A stretch of 34,271 nt of DNA from a virus (lineage: Duplodnaviria > Heunggongvirae > Uroviricota > Caudoviricetes): IMG/VR virus record IMGVR_UViG_2734482775_000003, positions 1 to 34,271 of that record; one strand, given 5' to 3'. Positions within the stretch are counted from its first letter, which is position 1. Every line of letters begins with the position of its first letter. The notes beneath the pieces were generated by a model. The model was not told the origin of the DNA and searched no databases. It saw only the letters and a program-made list of their open reading frames with translations. The position numbers were made by a program, and so were the translations under genes. Below, piece after piece: positions 17,628-26,791 of this stretch.

Positions 17628-17640
17628 AGGAGTGAACCCC

Positions 17641-18135
17641 ATGAGTATGGTTGCCAGAAACAACCCCGGACCCGCAGAGGACGACATCACCGATACCGAT
17701 GATGGTGATACCCGTATTTCAGCGGGCGCATTCTGGCCGGATATTGTGCTGCGTGAGCTGCGTCTGGCGATACGACTGCCGGGCCGTGTGACCACCTCCC
17801 GCCTGCTGCATACCGCCACCGGGGCCGTGGCACACGTTACCCGCGAGCTGGAAGCGTGGCAGCAGGAACAGCAGGCGGCTGGCCATCAGACGCTGGCCGA
17901 TGTTCCGGCACCCGTAATTAACGGAGAAAGCGTCAATCTCTGGCACTGGCGCAATGCTGTTTATACCGCCACACGCGCCCTGATTCTGGAGCGTTACCGC
18001 GATGCGGACACAACGGACAAGGGCGACCGCCGGGCGGACGCACTGGATATACAGACATCGGATTTGTGGCGTGATGTGAGCTGGGCCATCTCTGACATTC
18101 TGTGCCGCCCACGAATCTTTGCGGAGTTGTGCTGA
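17641..18135 (+). CDS. L: Head completion/stabilisation protein, P2 gpL family
   Basis: ATG with CAGGAG RBS; size and position match gpL. Confidence 0.8.
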   Translation: MSMVARNNPGPAEDDITDTDDGDTRISAGAFWPDIVLRELRLAIRLPGRVTTSRLLHTATGAVAHVTRELEAWQQEQQAAGHQTLADVPAPVINGESVNLWHWRNAVYTATRALILERYRDADTTDKGDRRADALDIQTSDLWRDVSWAISDILCRPRIFAELC

Positions 18136-18335
18136 TGAAAGTAAAGGCACTGGAAGACGACACCGTGGATTCGCTCTGTTTCCGGTACTACGGCACGACG
18201 CAGGGCGTCACCGAAAAGGTGCTGGATGCCAACCCCGGACTCTGTCAGCAGGTATTTCTGGACGCCGGGCAGGAAGTGGAGATGCCGGAGCCGGAGAAGA
18301 AGAAACGAGAAATGATTCAGTTGTGGGGGGAGTAG
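18135..18335 (+). CDS. X: Tail protein X (P2 gpX-like, 66 aa)
   Basis: ATG overlaps the L stop; size and position as P2 X. Confidence 0.7.
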   Translation: MKVKALEDDTVDSLCFRYYGTTQGVTEKVLDANPGLCQQVFLDAGQEVEMPEPEKKKREMIQLWGE

Positions 18336-18337
18336 CA

Positions 18338-18661
18338 GTGAGCACCATTCAAACAGGGATCACAGAGCAGGTTATTGCGTGGCTCTTTGACCACCTGCCA
18401 ACGGTGTATGCAGTAGGCGCAGCGGTCAGCATTTCCGCGCTGATGAGTCTTTATGACGGACGAACGCTGGTTCAGACCGTAACGGGGTCGCTGGCGTGCG
18501 GCGTTCTTGCCATGACCGTGGCCGGGTCGTTGCGCTTCTTCGGGGTACCTGAAGGTGCTGTGACGTTTATCGGCGCATCTATCGGTTTTATGGGCGCAGA
18601 AAAAGCACGTGACAAGATTATTGCGGCCTTTAATCGCAGGGTGAAGGAGAAGGACGAATGA
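18338..18661 (+). CDS. Putative holin
   Basis: GTG start; about 108 aa with hydrophobic segments and a charged C-terminus (KARDKIIAAFNRRVKEKDE); immediately upstream of the endolysin. Confidence 0.6.
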   Translation: MSTIQTGITEQVIAWLFDHLPTVYAVGAAVSISALMSLYDGRTLVQTVTGSLACGVLAMTVAGSLRFFGVPEGAVTFIGASIGFMGAEKARDKIIAAFNRRVKEKDE

Positions 18662-19050
18662 GCAACACATTTAAATTCAGCAGCCGGAGCGAAAAGAATT
18701 TGCAGGGCGTAAATCCTGATCTGGTGAAAGTGACCCGACGGGCACTGGAAATCTCGGAAGTAGATTTTGGTATCACCGAAGGGTTGCGCAGCCGTTACCG
18801 CCAGAAGCAACTGGTGGCCACGGGTAAGAGCCAGACCATGAACAGCCGCCACCTTACGGGACATGCCGTGGATGTTGTGGCTTATATCGGCAGCCAGGTG
18901 TCATGGGAATGGCCGCTGTACGAAAAAATCGCAGCAGCATTCAGACAGGCCAGCCGGGAACTGAATATTCCGGTGGAATGGGGCGGCGACTGGAAGACCC
19001 TGAAAGACGGACCGCATTTTCAGTTACCACACGGAGCCTATCCGGCATGA
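18658..19050 (+). CDS. Endolysin, peptidase M15 family (L-alanyl-D-glutamate peptidase-like)
   Basis: Zn-ligand-like motifs SRHLTGHAVDV and DGPHFQL; 130 aa; located between holin and spanins. Confidence 0.75.
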   Translation: MSNTFKFSSRSEKNLQGVNPDLVKVTRRALEISEVDFGITEGLRSRYRQKQLVATGKSQTMNSRHLTGHAVDVVAYIGSQVSWEWPLYEKIAAAFRQASRELNIPVEWGGDWKTLKDGPHFQLPHGAYPA

Positions 19051-19454
19051 AGCTCTGGCCCACGCTGGGCGTCGCTTTCCTTCTGATTGCCGCATGGGGA
19101 ACATCCATGCGTCTGTCGTGGTCGCTGGGCCGGGAGAACGCCAGAAACGAAGCGCAGGCCAGCGCCCTGAAAAGTACCGTCGACACCCTGAATATCATCA
19201 GCACCGGGGTGCAGGATATGCAGCAGGTGCTGGCGCAACTCCGCGTGGAAAATCAACAGCGAAATCAGGACGGAGAGGTCAGACGTGAACAGCTACGCAA
19301 CGATATTGCAAAAGATGAATGCGCCCACGCTTTGCCTGACGCTCGTTTTACTGACAGGCTGCGCAGGCACGCAGAACGCGCCACGGCCAGCGCCGTCAGT
19401 CCGGCTTATACCGCAGACGCTGACCATACCGGTAACGCCTCCCCCCTTCCCTGA
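19047..19454 (+). CDS. i-spanin (Rz/LysB-like)
   Basis: N-terminal transmembrane segment LWPTLGVAFLLIAAWG then coiled-coil-like region; start overlaps the endolysin stop. Confidence 0.55.
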   Translation: MKLWPTLGVAFLLIAAWGTSMRLSWSLGRENARNEAQASALKSTVDTLNIISTGVQDMQQVLAQLRVENQQRNQDGEVRREQLRNDIAKDECAHALPDARFTDRLRRHAERATASAVSPAYTADADHTGNASPLP

Positions 19455-19605
19455 TACTCCCACATGGGGAAATTTCGGTATATGGGGCGACCGCCTTCTG
19501 GATGCACTGGAAACCTGTAACGCGGATAAACGGGCCATTGAATTACTGGAACAGCGCAGGCTGCAACGACTGAACAACGAGGATAACAACCATGCTGAAA
19601 ACTGA
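19315..19605 (+). CDS. o-spanin (Rz1/LysC-like lipoprotein), overlapped arrangement
   Basis: Lipobox LLTGC, Pro-rich; starts inside the i-spanin gene in another frame and extends past it. Confidence 0.5.
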   Translation: MNAPTLCLTLVLLTGCAGTQNAPRPAPSVRLIPQTLTIPVTPPPFPDTPTWGNFGIWGDRLLDALETCNADKRAIELLEQRRLQRLNNEDNNHAEN

Positions 19606-20059
19606 TTCCCTGCGTGAAGCCATGACCCGTTCATGCCGATGGTGTCAGGCCAACCCGGAAAAATTCACCATTTTCGTGGAGAGCGGCAACATTGAAACGA
19701 CCGGAGAAACTCCCTCGTTTGTTTACCGCTATCAGATGGTGATGTTTGTCATGGATTACGCCGGGGAGCTGGACGACCTCACGCTGCCGCTGCTGGCGTG
19801 GTTATCCGAAAATCAGCCACAGTTGTTGCTCAACCCTGAGCGTAATCAGGACATCAAATTCTCCGCCGTTATCAATGACGATGACAGCGCCGATCTCCTG
19901 TTTATGCTCCCCCTGCGGGAACGCGTTCGCATCACGCGCAGCAGTCAGGGCACACCGCAGGCAGAACACCTGCCGGAGCCAAAACCCCGCCTGCCATCTT
20001 CCGAAGGCGACTGGTCGCATGTATTCCAGGATGTGACGTGGGGTGAAAGCGATGGATAA
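19592..20059 (+). CDS. R: Tail completion protein, P2 gpR family
   Basis: 155 aa, position between lysis genes and S as in P2. Confidence 0.75.
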   Translation: MLKTDSLREAMTRSCRWCQANPEKFTIFVESGNIETTGETPSFVYRYQMVMFVMDYAGELDDLTLPLLAWLSENQPQLLLNPERNQDIKFSAVINDDDSADLLFMLPLRERVRITRSSQGTPQAEHLPEPKPRLPSSEGDWSHVFQDVTWGESDG

Positions 20060-20687
20060 GGCATTCACCCGCGTGGATGAAACCTTTGAGGCTATCCGCG
20101 ACAGCCTGAATCAGCAGGCCATCAATAACATCGCCAGAAAGCTGGCACAGGATTTACGTCGCGCCCAGCAGGCACGTATCCGGTCACAGAAAGCGCCGGA
20201 CGGGACTGCATGGACACCACGCAGACGCCGCGTAACCCGGATACAGGAGCGCATTCGCTTTATCTGGAATAACGAAGCACGCACGCTGAAAAACTGGCAT
20301 CACGACACGGGGAAATACGGGCGAACCATTACCGGGTGGGATGAGGATAAAAACAATATCCGCACGTTTTACCGGGATGACATCGACCGTTTTCTGGAAA
20401 TACGCACCAGGCGCATCAACCAGGACAGCACAAAGCGCGTCCCCATGTTCGTAAAACTGCGCACCGCCCGCTACCTGAAAGCCCGTGCAGATGCTTCCGG
20501 TGTGACGGTGGGTTACAGCGGCGTGGCCGCACGTATTGCCCGCGTTCATCAGTTCGGTGAGCGCGATCAGGTTGCGCCGGGCATTTTCACCGATTACCCG
20601 GTACGTGAGCTGTTGGGTATCAGCCAGGCAGATGAGCGCCTGATTTATAACACGGTGCTGGGCCGGATTGCGGAGGCTGTACGGTGA
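20052..20687 (+). CDS. S: Tail completion protein, P2 gpS family
   Basis: ATG at 20052 overlapping the R stop; position as in P2. Confidence 0.7.
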   Translation: MDKAFTRVDETFEAIRDSLNQQAINNIARKLAQDLRRAQQARIRSQKAPDGTAWTPRRRRVTRIQERIRFIWNNEARTLKNWHHDTGKYGRTITGWDEDKNNIRTFYRDDIDRFLEIRTRRINQDSTKRVPMFVKLRTARYLKARADASGVTVGYSGVAARIARVHQFGERDQVAPGIFTDYPVRELLGISQADERLIYNTVLGRIAEAVR

Positions 20688-21265
20688 GCGCTGAACTCAT
20701 GCGACTGCTGAGCAACATCATCCGTACCGGGATCATCTCTGAAGTTGATGAGGAATCCTGGTGCGTGCGCGTTCGCAGCGGCGAACTGGAAACAGGCTGG
20801 CTGCGCTGGAACACCACGCGCGCGGGTGCCTTCAATGTGTGGTTGCCGCCATCACCCGGCGAACAGGTGGTAATTGCCTGCATCGGCGGCAACCCGGAAA
20901 CCGCCATGATAATTGGCAGTCTGTGGAGTGATGCCATTCCGGCACCCGGCAAAAGCCTGAAAGAAATCGTGGTCAGCGCGCCGGATGGCGCGGTGTTCCG
21001 CTACGACGCGGACGCAGGCGCACTGAGCGCCAGCGGCATGAAAACGGCCACCCTGCAGGCATCCGTCAGTGTGACACTGGACACACCTGTCGTGGAATGC
21101 ACAGACCTTCTGAGAACAGCGACGCTTGACGTCACAAAAGGAGGAAAGATGAGCGGCAATATCACGCACAGCGGCGGCAACTTCACCTCAAACGGCATTA
21201 CCGTGCATACGCATAAACACGGTGGCGTGAAAGGCGGCAGCGATTCGACAGGAGGCCCGCAGTGA
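20684..21265 (+). CDS. V: Baseplate assembly/spike protein, P2 gpV family
   Basis: 193 aa, overlaps S stop; precedes W-J-I as in P2. Confidence 0.85.
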   Translation: MSAELMRLLSNIIRTGIISEVDEESWCVRVRSGELETGWLRWNTTRAGAFNVWLPPSPGEQVVIACIGGNPETAMIIGSLWSDAIPAPGKSLKEIVVSAPDGAVFRYDADAGALSASGMKTATLQASVSVTLDTPVVECTDLLRTATLDVTKGGKMSGNITHSGGNFTSNGITVHTHKHGGVKGGSDSTGGPQ

Positions 21266-21612
21266 CAACCCGCTACACAGGAATGAATCCGGACGGGACG
21301 GGAAACCTGAACGATATGGAGCACCTGAAACAGTCAGTCAGGGATATCCTGACCACCCCGCTGGCAAGCCGGGTTATGCGACGGGAATATGGCAGCCTTG
21401 TGCCTGATTTGATTGACGAACCCATGAATAACACCACGCGTCTGCAATGCATGAGTGCTGCCGTGATTGCGCTGACACGATGGGAACCCCGCATTGCCCT
21501 GGATGCCATCGACGTTGTCTGGAAAGCGGGAGGCCGCGCCGGGGTGACGCTGTCGGGCACTGTCATGCAGACCATGCAGAATGTTGAGTTAACCATCACG
21601 CTGAGGGAGTAA
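21262..21612 (+). CDS. W: Baseplate protein, P2 gpW (gp25-like)
   Basis: 116 aa; position. Confidence 0.8.
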   Translation: MTTRYTGMNPDGTGNLNDMEHLKQSVRDILTTPLASRVMRREYGSLVPDLIDEPMNNTTRLQCMSAAVIALTRWEPRIALDAIDVVWKAGGRAGVTLSGTVMQTMQNVELTITLRE

Positions 21613-21615
21613 ATC

Positions 21616-22512
21616 ATGCCCGCCGTTGACCTTTCCCAGTTACCGGAACCCGCCATCATCGCGGAGCCTGACTTTGAGGCAATTCTGGCTGACACAAAGG
21701 CCATGATGATTGCGGCTTATCCCGCCGAACAGCGTGAAGCCGTCTCCGCCGCGCTGGAGCTGGAATCGGAACCCCTGAACGTTATCGCTCAAACCATGTC
21801 GTTTCGTGAAATGCTGTTACGCCAGCGGGTCAATGAGGGTGCACGCGCCTGCATGTTAAGCCACAGCGCCGGGACAGACCTGGACAACCTCGCGGGCAAT
21901 ATGAACACAAAGCGCCTGGTTATCACTCCGGCAACGGATACCACCGACGCGGTGATGGAGAGCGACACCTCGCTGAGACTGCGGGCGCAGCGGGCGTACG
22001 ACGGCCTGAGTGTTGCTGGCCCGTCAGGTGCATACGAGTATTTTGCCCGCAGCGCCAGCGGTCTGGTGCGCGATGCGCGGGCTATCAGTCCGTCTCCGGC
22101 CTGTGTGACGGTTTCCATCCTGTCCACTGAAGGCGACGGCACAGCAACGGAGGCGTTGCTTAATACCGTTCGCGCCGTTCTGAATGCAGAGGATACCCGC
22201 CCGGTGGCCGACCGCCTGACCGTACAGAGCGCCAGAATCGTGACATGGCGGCTGAATGCAAAACTGTACTTTTACCCCGGCCCGGAATCCGAACCTATTC
22301 TGGCCGCGGCTGAATCGTCGTTCAGGAAGTGGCTGGCTGAACAGGGGCTTATCGGTCAGGACGTGGCGTTGTCCGCCATTGCTGCCGCACTGCATGTGCA
22401 CGGTGTGCAACGCGTGGAGATAATCGAACCCACACAGAATATGGCCATCAGCGACATACAGGCGGCGCGCTGTGAGTCATTCACCATCAGCGAAGGTGGA
22501 CGCAATGAGTAA
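21616..22512 (+). CDS. J: Baseplate protein, P2 gpJ family
   Basis: 298 aa; position. Confidence 0.85.
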   Translation: MPAVDLSQLPEPAIIAEPDFEAILADTKAMMIAAYPAEQREAVSAALELESEPLNVIAQTMSFREMLLRQRVNEGARACMLSHSAGTDLDNLAGNMNTKRLVITPATDTTDAVMESDTSLRLRAQRAYDGLSVAGPSGAYEYFARSASGLVRDARAISPSPACVTVSILSTEGDGTATEALLNTVRAVLNAEDTRPVADRLTVQSARIVTWRLNAKLYFYPGPESEPILAAAESSFRKWLAEQGLIGQDVALSAIAAALHVHGVQRVEIIEPTQNMAISDIQAARCESFTISEGGRNE

Positions 22513-23113
22513 TTCGTTGTTACCACCATCAGCCAGCAATTTCATGCGTTGTGCCGAAGCCGTCGGAACACGCATTACAGACATTCCGGTAGACCTCAAC
22601 ACGCTGTGGTCGCCGGACACCTGCCCGGTGCATCTGCTGCCTTATCTCGCCTGGGCGTTTTCCGTTGACCGCTGGGATCGCAACTGGCCGGAAGAGACAA
22701 AGCGACAGGTGATTCGTGATGCATGGCTGATACACCGACACAAAGGGACCATCAGCGCACTGCGAAGAGCCGTGGAGCCTCTCGGCTACCTGATTGAAGT
22801 AAAGGAGTGGTGGCAACTCAACGAGGAGCCAGGAACATTTCGCATTGTTGTCGGAGTACTTGATCAGGGCATCACCGATGAAATGTATCAGGAACTTGAG
22901 CGCCTTATTGCGGATGCAAAACCAGTAAGTCGCCATCTGACGGGGCTGGCGATCAGCCTGAGTGTGAACGGAAAGATTTTCGTTGGTACGGGATGCTATC
23001 ACGGCGATGCCCTGACGGTTTATCCCTACACCCCGGAGTCCATTATTGTCGAAGGGGATTATTTCCCTGCCCCGGCCATTCATTTAATTGATAATCTGAG
23101 AGTAAACGCATGA
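22505..23113 (+). CDS. I: Baseplate/tail-fibre attachment protein, P2 gpI family
   Basis: ATG at 22505 overlapping the J stop; position. Confidence 0.8.
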   Translation: MSNSLLPPSASNFMRCAEAVGTRITDIPVDLNTLWSPDTCPVHLLPYLAWAFSVDRWDRNWPEETKRQVIRDAWLIHRHKGTISALRRAVEPLGYLIEVKEWWQLNEEPGTFRIVVGVLDQGITDEMYQELERLIADAKPVSRHLTGLAISLSVNGKIFVGTGCYHGDALTVYPYTPESIIVEGDYFPAPAIHLIDNLRVNA

Positions 23114-24723
23114 CAGTGAAATACTACGCCATTCTGACTAATCAGGGCGCGGCACGACTGGCTAACGCGACGATGCTCGGCAGTAAGCTGAATCTGACGC
23201 AAATGGCCGTTGGTGATGCAAATGGTGTGTTACCAACACCAGACCCTGCACAAACAAAACTGATTAACCAGAAACGCATTGCACCGCTGAATCTTCTGAG
23301 TGTTGACCCTAACAATCAGAGCCAGATTATTGCGGAGCAAATCATCCCTGAAAACGAGGGAGGATTCTGGATCCGTGAGATTGGTCTTTATGATGATGAA
23401 GGTGTACTCATTGCGGTGGCAAACTGCCCGGAAACGTACAAACCGCAGTTGCAGGAAGGCAGTGGACGCACCCAGACTATCCGCATGATTCTGGTTGTCA
23501 CGAACACCGAAGCCATCACGCTGAAAATCGACCCGTCTGTGGTTCTGGCAACCCGCAAATATGTGGATGATAAAATCTCAGAGCACGAACAGTCACGACG
23601 TCACCCGGACGCCTCGCTGACCGTAAAAGGTTTTACTCAGTTAAGCAGTGCAATTAACAGTGAATCAGAAACACTGGCCGCAACACCGAAAGCGGTTAAG
23701 GCTGCATATGACCTGGCTAACGGGAAATATACCGCCCAGAACGCCACCACTACACAAAAAGGAATTGTTCAGCTCAGTAGCGCCACGAACAGCACGTCTG
23801 AAACGCTGGCAGCGACACCAAAATCTGTTAAGGCGGTAATGGATGAAACGAACAAGAAAGCACCATTAAACAGCCCGGCACTGACCGGAACGCCAACAAC
23901 ACCAACAGCGCCACAGGGGACTAATAGTACCCAGATCGCAAGCACGGCTTTCGTTATGGCCGCGATTGCCGCACTTGTAGATTCGTCACCTGATGCACTG
24001 AACACGCTGAACGAACTGGCTGCGGCGCTGGGCAATGACCCGAATTTTGCGACCACCATGACTAACGCGCTTGCGGGTAAGCAACCGAAGGATGCCACCC
24101 TGACGGCGCTGGCAGAGCTTGCTACATCAGCAGATAAACTCCCATATTTTACAGGGGCAGATCGTGCCGCGTTAACCGCGTTGACAAGTGTTGGACGTGC
24201 CATTCTTGGTAAAACCAGCACTCAGGGAGTTCTTGATTACCTTGGTTTAGGGGAAGGCTCTGCGCTGCCTGTTGGTGTGCCTGTTCCATGGCCTTCAGCC
24301 ACACCGCCAACAGGCTGGCTGAAATGCAACGGTGCGGCTTTTTCTGCTGAAGATTACCCTAATCTGGCAAAGGCTTACCCGACGTTAAAATTGCCTGATT
24401 TACGCGGTGAGTTTATTCGTGGCTGGGATGATGGAAAGGGAGTGGATAGTGGGCGAACTCTGCTTTCAGCACAAGGAGATGCTATCCGAAACATTACCGG
24501 GGTGGTTGGCTACAGTTCAATTGGCGATTCACAAGGGTTATTAGGATACGTGTCAGGGGCCTTTTCGGCTTCGGAGTCAAAAGCTCCCGCATTAAGTGGT
24601 GCATCAGCATCCGGGTATCAACGCTCCCTGTATGCGAATTTTAATGCTTCAGCCGTTGTCCCAACCGCAAATGAGAACCGCCCACGTAACATTGCCTTTA
24701 ATTATATTGTGAGGGCTGCATAA
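23110..24723 (+). CDS. H: Tail fibre protein, P2 gpH family; C-terminal part lies inside the invertible segment
   Basis: N-terminus and repeated SSATNSTSETLAATPKAVKA blocks match P2 H as recalled; hix-like crossover site lies within the codons for LDYLGLGE. Confidence 0.9.
   Translation: MTVKYYAILTNQGAARLANATMLGSKLNLTQMAVGDANGVLPTPDPAQTKLINQKRIAPLNLLSVDPNNQSQIIAEQIIPENEGGFWIREIGLYDDEGVLIAVANCPETYKPQLQEGSGRTQTIRMILVVTNTEAITLKIDPSVVLATRKYVDDKISEHEQSRRHPDASLTVKGFTQLSSAINSESETLAATPKAVKAAYDLANGKYTAQNATTTQKGIVQLSSATNSTSETLAATPKSVKAVMDETNKKAPLNSPALTGTPTTPTAPQGTNSTQIASTAFVMAAIAALVDSSPDALNTLNELAAALGNDPNFATTMTNALAGKQPKDATLTALAELATSADKLPYFTGADRAALTALTSVGRAILGKTSTQGVLDYLGLGEGSALPVGVPVPWPSATPPTGWLKCNGAAFSAEDYPNLAKAYPTLKLPDLRGEFIRGWDDGKGVDSGRTLLSAQGDAIRNITGVVGYSSIGDSQGLLGYVSGAFSASESKAPALSGASASGYQRSLYANFNASAVVPTANENRPRNIAFNYIVRAA
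24230..24255. other. hix/gix-like recombination site (left), inside H
   Basis: TTCTTGATTACC-TT-GGTTTAGGGGAA; 12-2-12 architecture; reverse complement has central AA matching the right site. Confidence 0.65.
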
Positions 24724-25325
24724 TGGATAACGCTGTATTAAATAGCGAGATTATTGCCACGAAGGCAGGGAATATTACCGTCTATAACTATGATGGTGAA
24801 ACACGGGAATATATTTCCACTTCAAATGAATATCTTGCCGTTGGTGTTGGTATCCCGGCATATTCCTGTTTAGATTCACCAGGCACATATAAGGCTGGTT
24901 ATGCTATCTGCCGTTCTGCAGATTTTAACTCATGGGAATATGTGCCAGACCATCGCGGTGAAATCGTCTATAACACCGAAACGGGAGAAGCCAAAGAAAT
25001 CACAACTCCGGGTGATTACCCTGAAAATACAACCACTATCGCCCCGTTAACGCCATACGATAAATGGGATGGTGAGAAATGGGTGACCGATACTGAGGCA
25101 CAGCACGGCGCAGCAGTAGATGCAGCAGAAGCACAGCGCCAGTCGCTGATTGATACTGCAATGGCCTCCATCAGTCTGATTCATCTGAAATTACAGGCCG
25201 GACGGAAGCTGACGCAGGCAGAAACAACCCGCCTTAACACTGTGCTGGATTACATTGACGTGGTGACGGCAACAGATACCAGCACAGCGCCGGACGTCAT
25301 CTGGCCTGAACTGCCGGAGGCGTAG
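24723..25325 (+). CDS. G: Tail fibre assembly protein (P2 gpG-like), active orientation
   Basis: 200 aa; start overlaps the H stop. Confidence 0.8.
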   Translation: MDNAVLNSEIIATKAGNITVYNYDGETREYISTSNEYLAVGVGIPAYSCLDSPGTYKAGYAICRSADFNSWEYVPDHRGEIVYNTETGEAKEITTPGDYPENTTTIAPLTPYDKWDGEKWVTDTEAQHGAAVDAAEAQRQSLIDTAMASISLIHLKLQAGRKLTQAETTRLNTVLDYIDVVTATDTSTAPDVIWPELPEA

Positions 25326-25737
25326 GCCATTCAATATCTGGCGCACCGGAAGTATCGACCAGTTCCAGTGCGTCCAGATAATCCAGCCACAAATTATATT
25401 GCGCCAGTTCCTCACCTTTCAGGCGACCAATCGCCGCTTTACCAGGCCATTGCTTACTGTTTATGTATTCGTTGACCTGATTAATCAATTGCTGCTTTTC
25501 CAGTTCGGCTGCGGCAATTTGTTCCTCATGAGTTGGCGGTGGAATATCAATCCATGCAGGCATTCCGTCGATGACACCTCTGTATTTTCCTTCTGGTGCT
25601 TCCTTCATAAATTCGGCGGCAACAGTGTCGTCAATTTCGATTCCATCATCGGGCCATTCGCCGGATTCCTGATAAGCGATTTTAAGCTCCACAGGGAAAA
25701 ACGCATTTTTATCGGCACTGAAAATATATTTCTGCAT
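25297..25737 (-). CDS. Alternative tail fibre assembly protein (G'), silent orientation
   Basis: 146 aa on the opposite strand, convergent with and overlapping G; tail-fibre-assembly-like C-terminus (DTSGAPDIEWP, compare G: DTSTAPDVIWP). Confidence 0.7.
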   Translation of the reverse strand: MQKYIFSADKNAFFPVELKIAYQESGEWPDDGIEIDDTVAAEFMKEAPEGKYRGVIDGMPAWIDIPPPTHEEQIAAAELEKQQLINQVNEYINSKQWPGKAAIGRLKGEELAQYNLWLDYLDALELVDTSGAPDIEWPTPPAVQAR

Positions 25738-25739
25738 TT

Positions 25740-26096
25740 CTACCGTCCTATCGAAATATAACTGAATCTGTATTGCTGTGAGATATCACTGGTTGCCACA
25801 CGCCACGCTGAATTACTGATATGTTCAAAATTTACAGACAAAACCTGCGGGGCAGGATTCGACGGGTCTGACTGAACGGCATCAGACATAACACTGACTG
25901 AAACCATCGGCTGATTAGGGAATGGTATAGGGAAGTGTCCACTGATAAAGCGGGTCGTGTTTCCTGAAAAAGTGCCAAACTGAACAATATATCCACCTGG
26001 TAGCCTGAACCATCCCGAACCAGAAGCGAATGCTCCCATATCCGGTATCTGATTATCTCCTGTGCCCACATCCCTTTTCGCCGCTTCTCCCAAACC
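25740..26096 (-). CDS. Alternative tail-fibre C-terminal cassette (H' variable part); promoterless, expressed only after inversion
   Basis: Minus-strand reading frame continues through the right hix site encoding ...NVGLGEAAKRD..., in frame with H ...YLGLGE at the left site; track ORF 25740..26138 covers it. Confidence 0.65.
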   Translation of the reverse strand, partial: GLGEAAKRDVGTGDNQIPDMGAFASGSGWFRLPGGYIVQFGTFSGNTTRFISGHFPIPFPNQPMVSVSVMSDAVQSDPSNPAPQVLSVNFEHISNSAWRVATSDISQQYRFSYISIGR

Positions 26097-26109
26097 AACG
26101 TTTAAGAAA
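26084..26109. other. hix/gix-like recombination site (right)
   Basis: TTCTCCCAAACC-AA-CGTTTAAGAAAA; resembles Hin hixL TTCTTGAAAACCAAGGTTTTTGATAA as recalled. Confidence 0.7.
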
Positions 26110-26165
26110 ATGCAGAGATTACGGCTAACTGGCATCATCCCCGGTTTTTATTCAGGGGATCCATC

Positions 26166-26765
26166 ATGCTTATTGGCTATGTCCGCGTATCAACAAATGA
26201 CCAGAATACAGAATTGCAGCGTAACGCGCTGGAGTGCGCAGGATGTGAACTGATTTTTGAAGATAAAATCAGCGGAACGAAATCAGCCAGACCGGGATTG
26301 AAAAAACTGCTCAGAACGCTATCAGAAGGAGATACGCTGGTTGTCTGGAAGCTGGACAGACTGGGCAGAAGTATGAAACACCTGATCACGCTTATTGAGG
26401 AATTGCGGGAAAAAGGTGTTAATTTCCGTAGTCTGACGGACAGCATTGACACATCAACACCCATGGGGCGTTTCTTTTTTCACGTCATGGGAGCTTTAGC
26501 CGAAATGGAACGTGAATTAATTGTAGAGCGTACACTGGCCGGGCTGGCAGCAGCACGCGCACAAGGACGCATTGGCGGACGTCGCCCGAAGTTGACAAAA
26601 GAACAACACGAGCAAATAGCGAGGCTGATTAAAAACGGTCATGACAGGAAACAACTGGCGATCATTTACGACATCGGCATATCGACGATTTATCGTTATC
26701 ACCCTGTAGGCGATATACAGGCTGAAGAAACAACCAGGCAGATTCAGGAAAATGAAAACCGCTAA
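26166..26765 (+). CDS. Serine DNA invertase, Hin/Gin/Cin/Pin family
   Basis: N-terminus MLIGYVRVSTNDQNTELQRNALE with catalytic Ser; LDRLGRS motif; C-terminal HTH (GISTIYRY); 199 aa. Confidence 0.9.
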   Translation: MLIGYVRVSTNDQNTELQRNALECAGCELIFEDKISGTKSARPGLKKLLRTLSEGDTLVVWKLDRLGRSMKHLITLIEELREKGVNFRSLTDSIDTSTPMGRFFFHVMGALAEMERELIVERTLAGLAAARAQGRIGGRRPKLTKEQHEQIARLIKNGHDRKQLAIIYDIGISTIYRYHPVGDIQAEETTRQIQENENR

Positions 26766-26791
26766 TCTGACCATTAGCGGTTTTGCGTTAA

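Larger units (their letters stand above)
24243..26096. other. Invertible tail-fibre segment (about 1.85 kb), G/C-segment analogue
   Basis: Bounded by inverted hix-like sites; contains two convergent sets of fibre C-terminus plus assembly gene; invertase gene adjacent. Confidence 0.7.

Noticed and set aside
26097-26138. ATG-initiated start of the minus-strand alternative fibre ORF (MMPVSRN...)
   Set aside because: These codons lie outside the invertible segment, beyond the right hix-like site; the cassette is expected to be expressed only as a fusion to gpH after inversion, so the in-frame ATGs are probably incidental.
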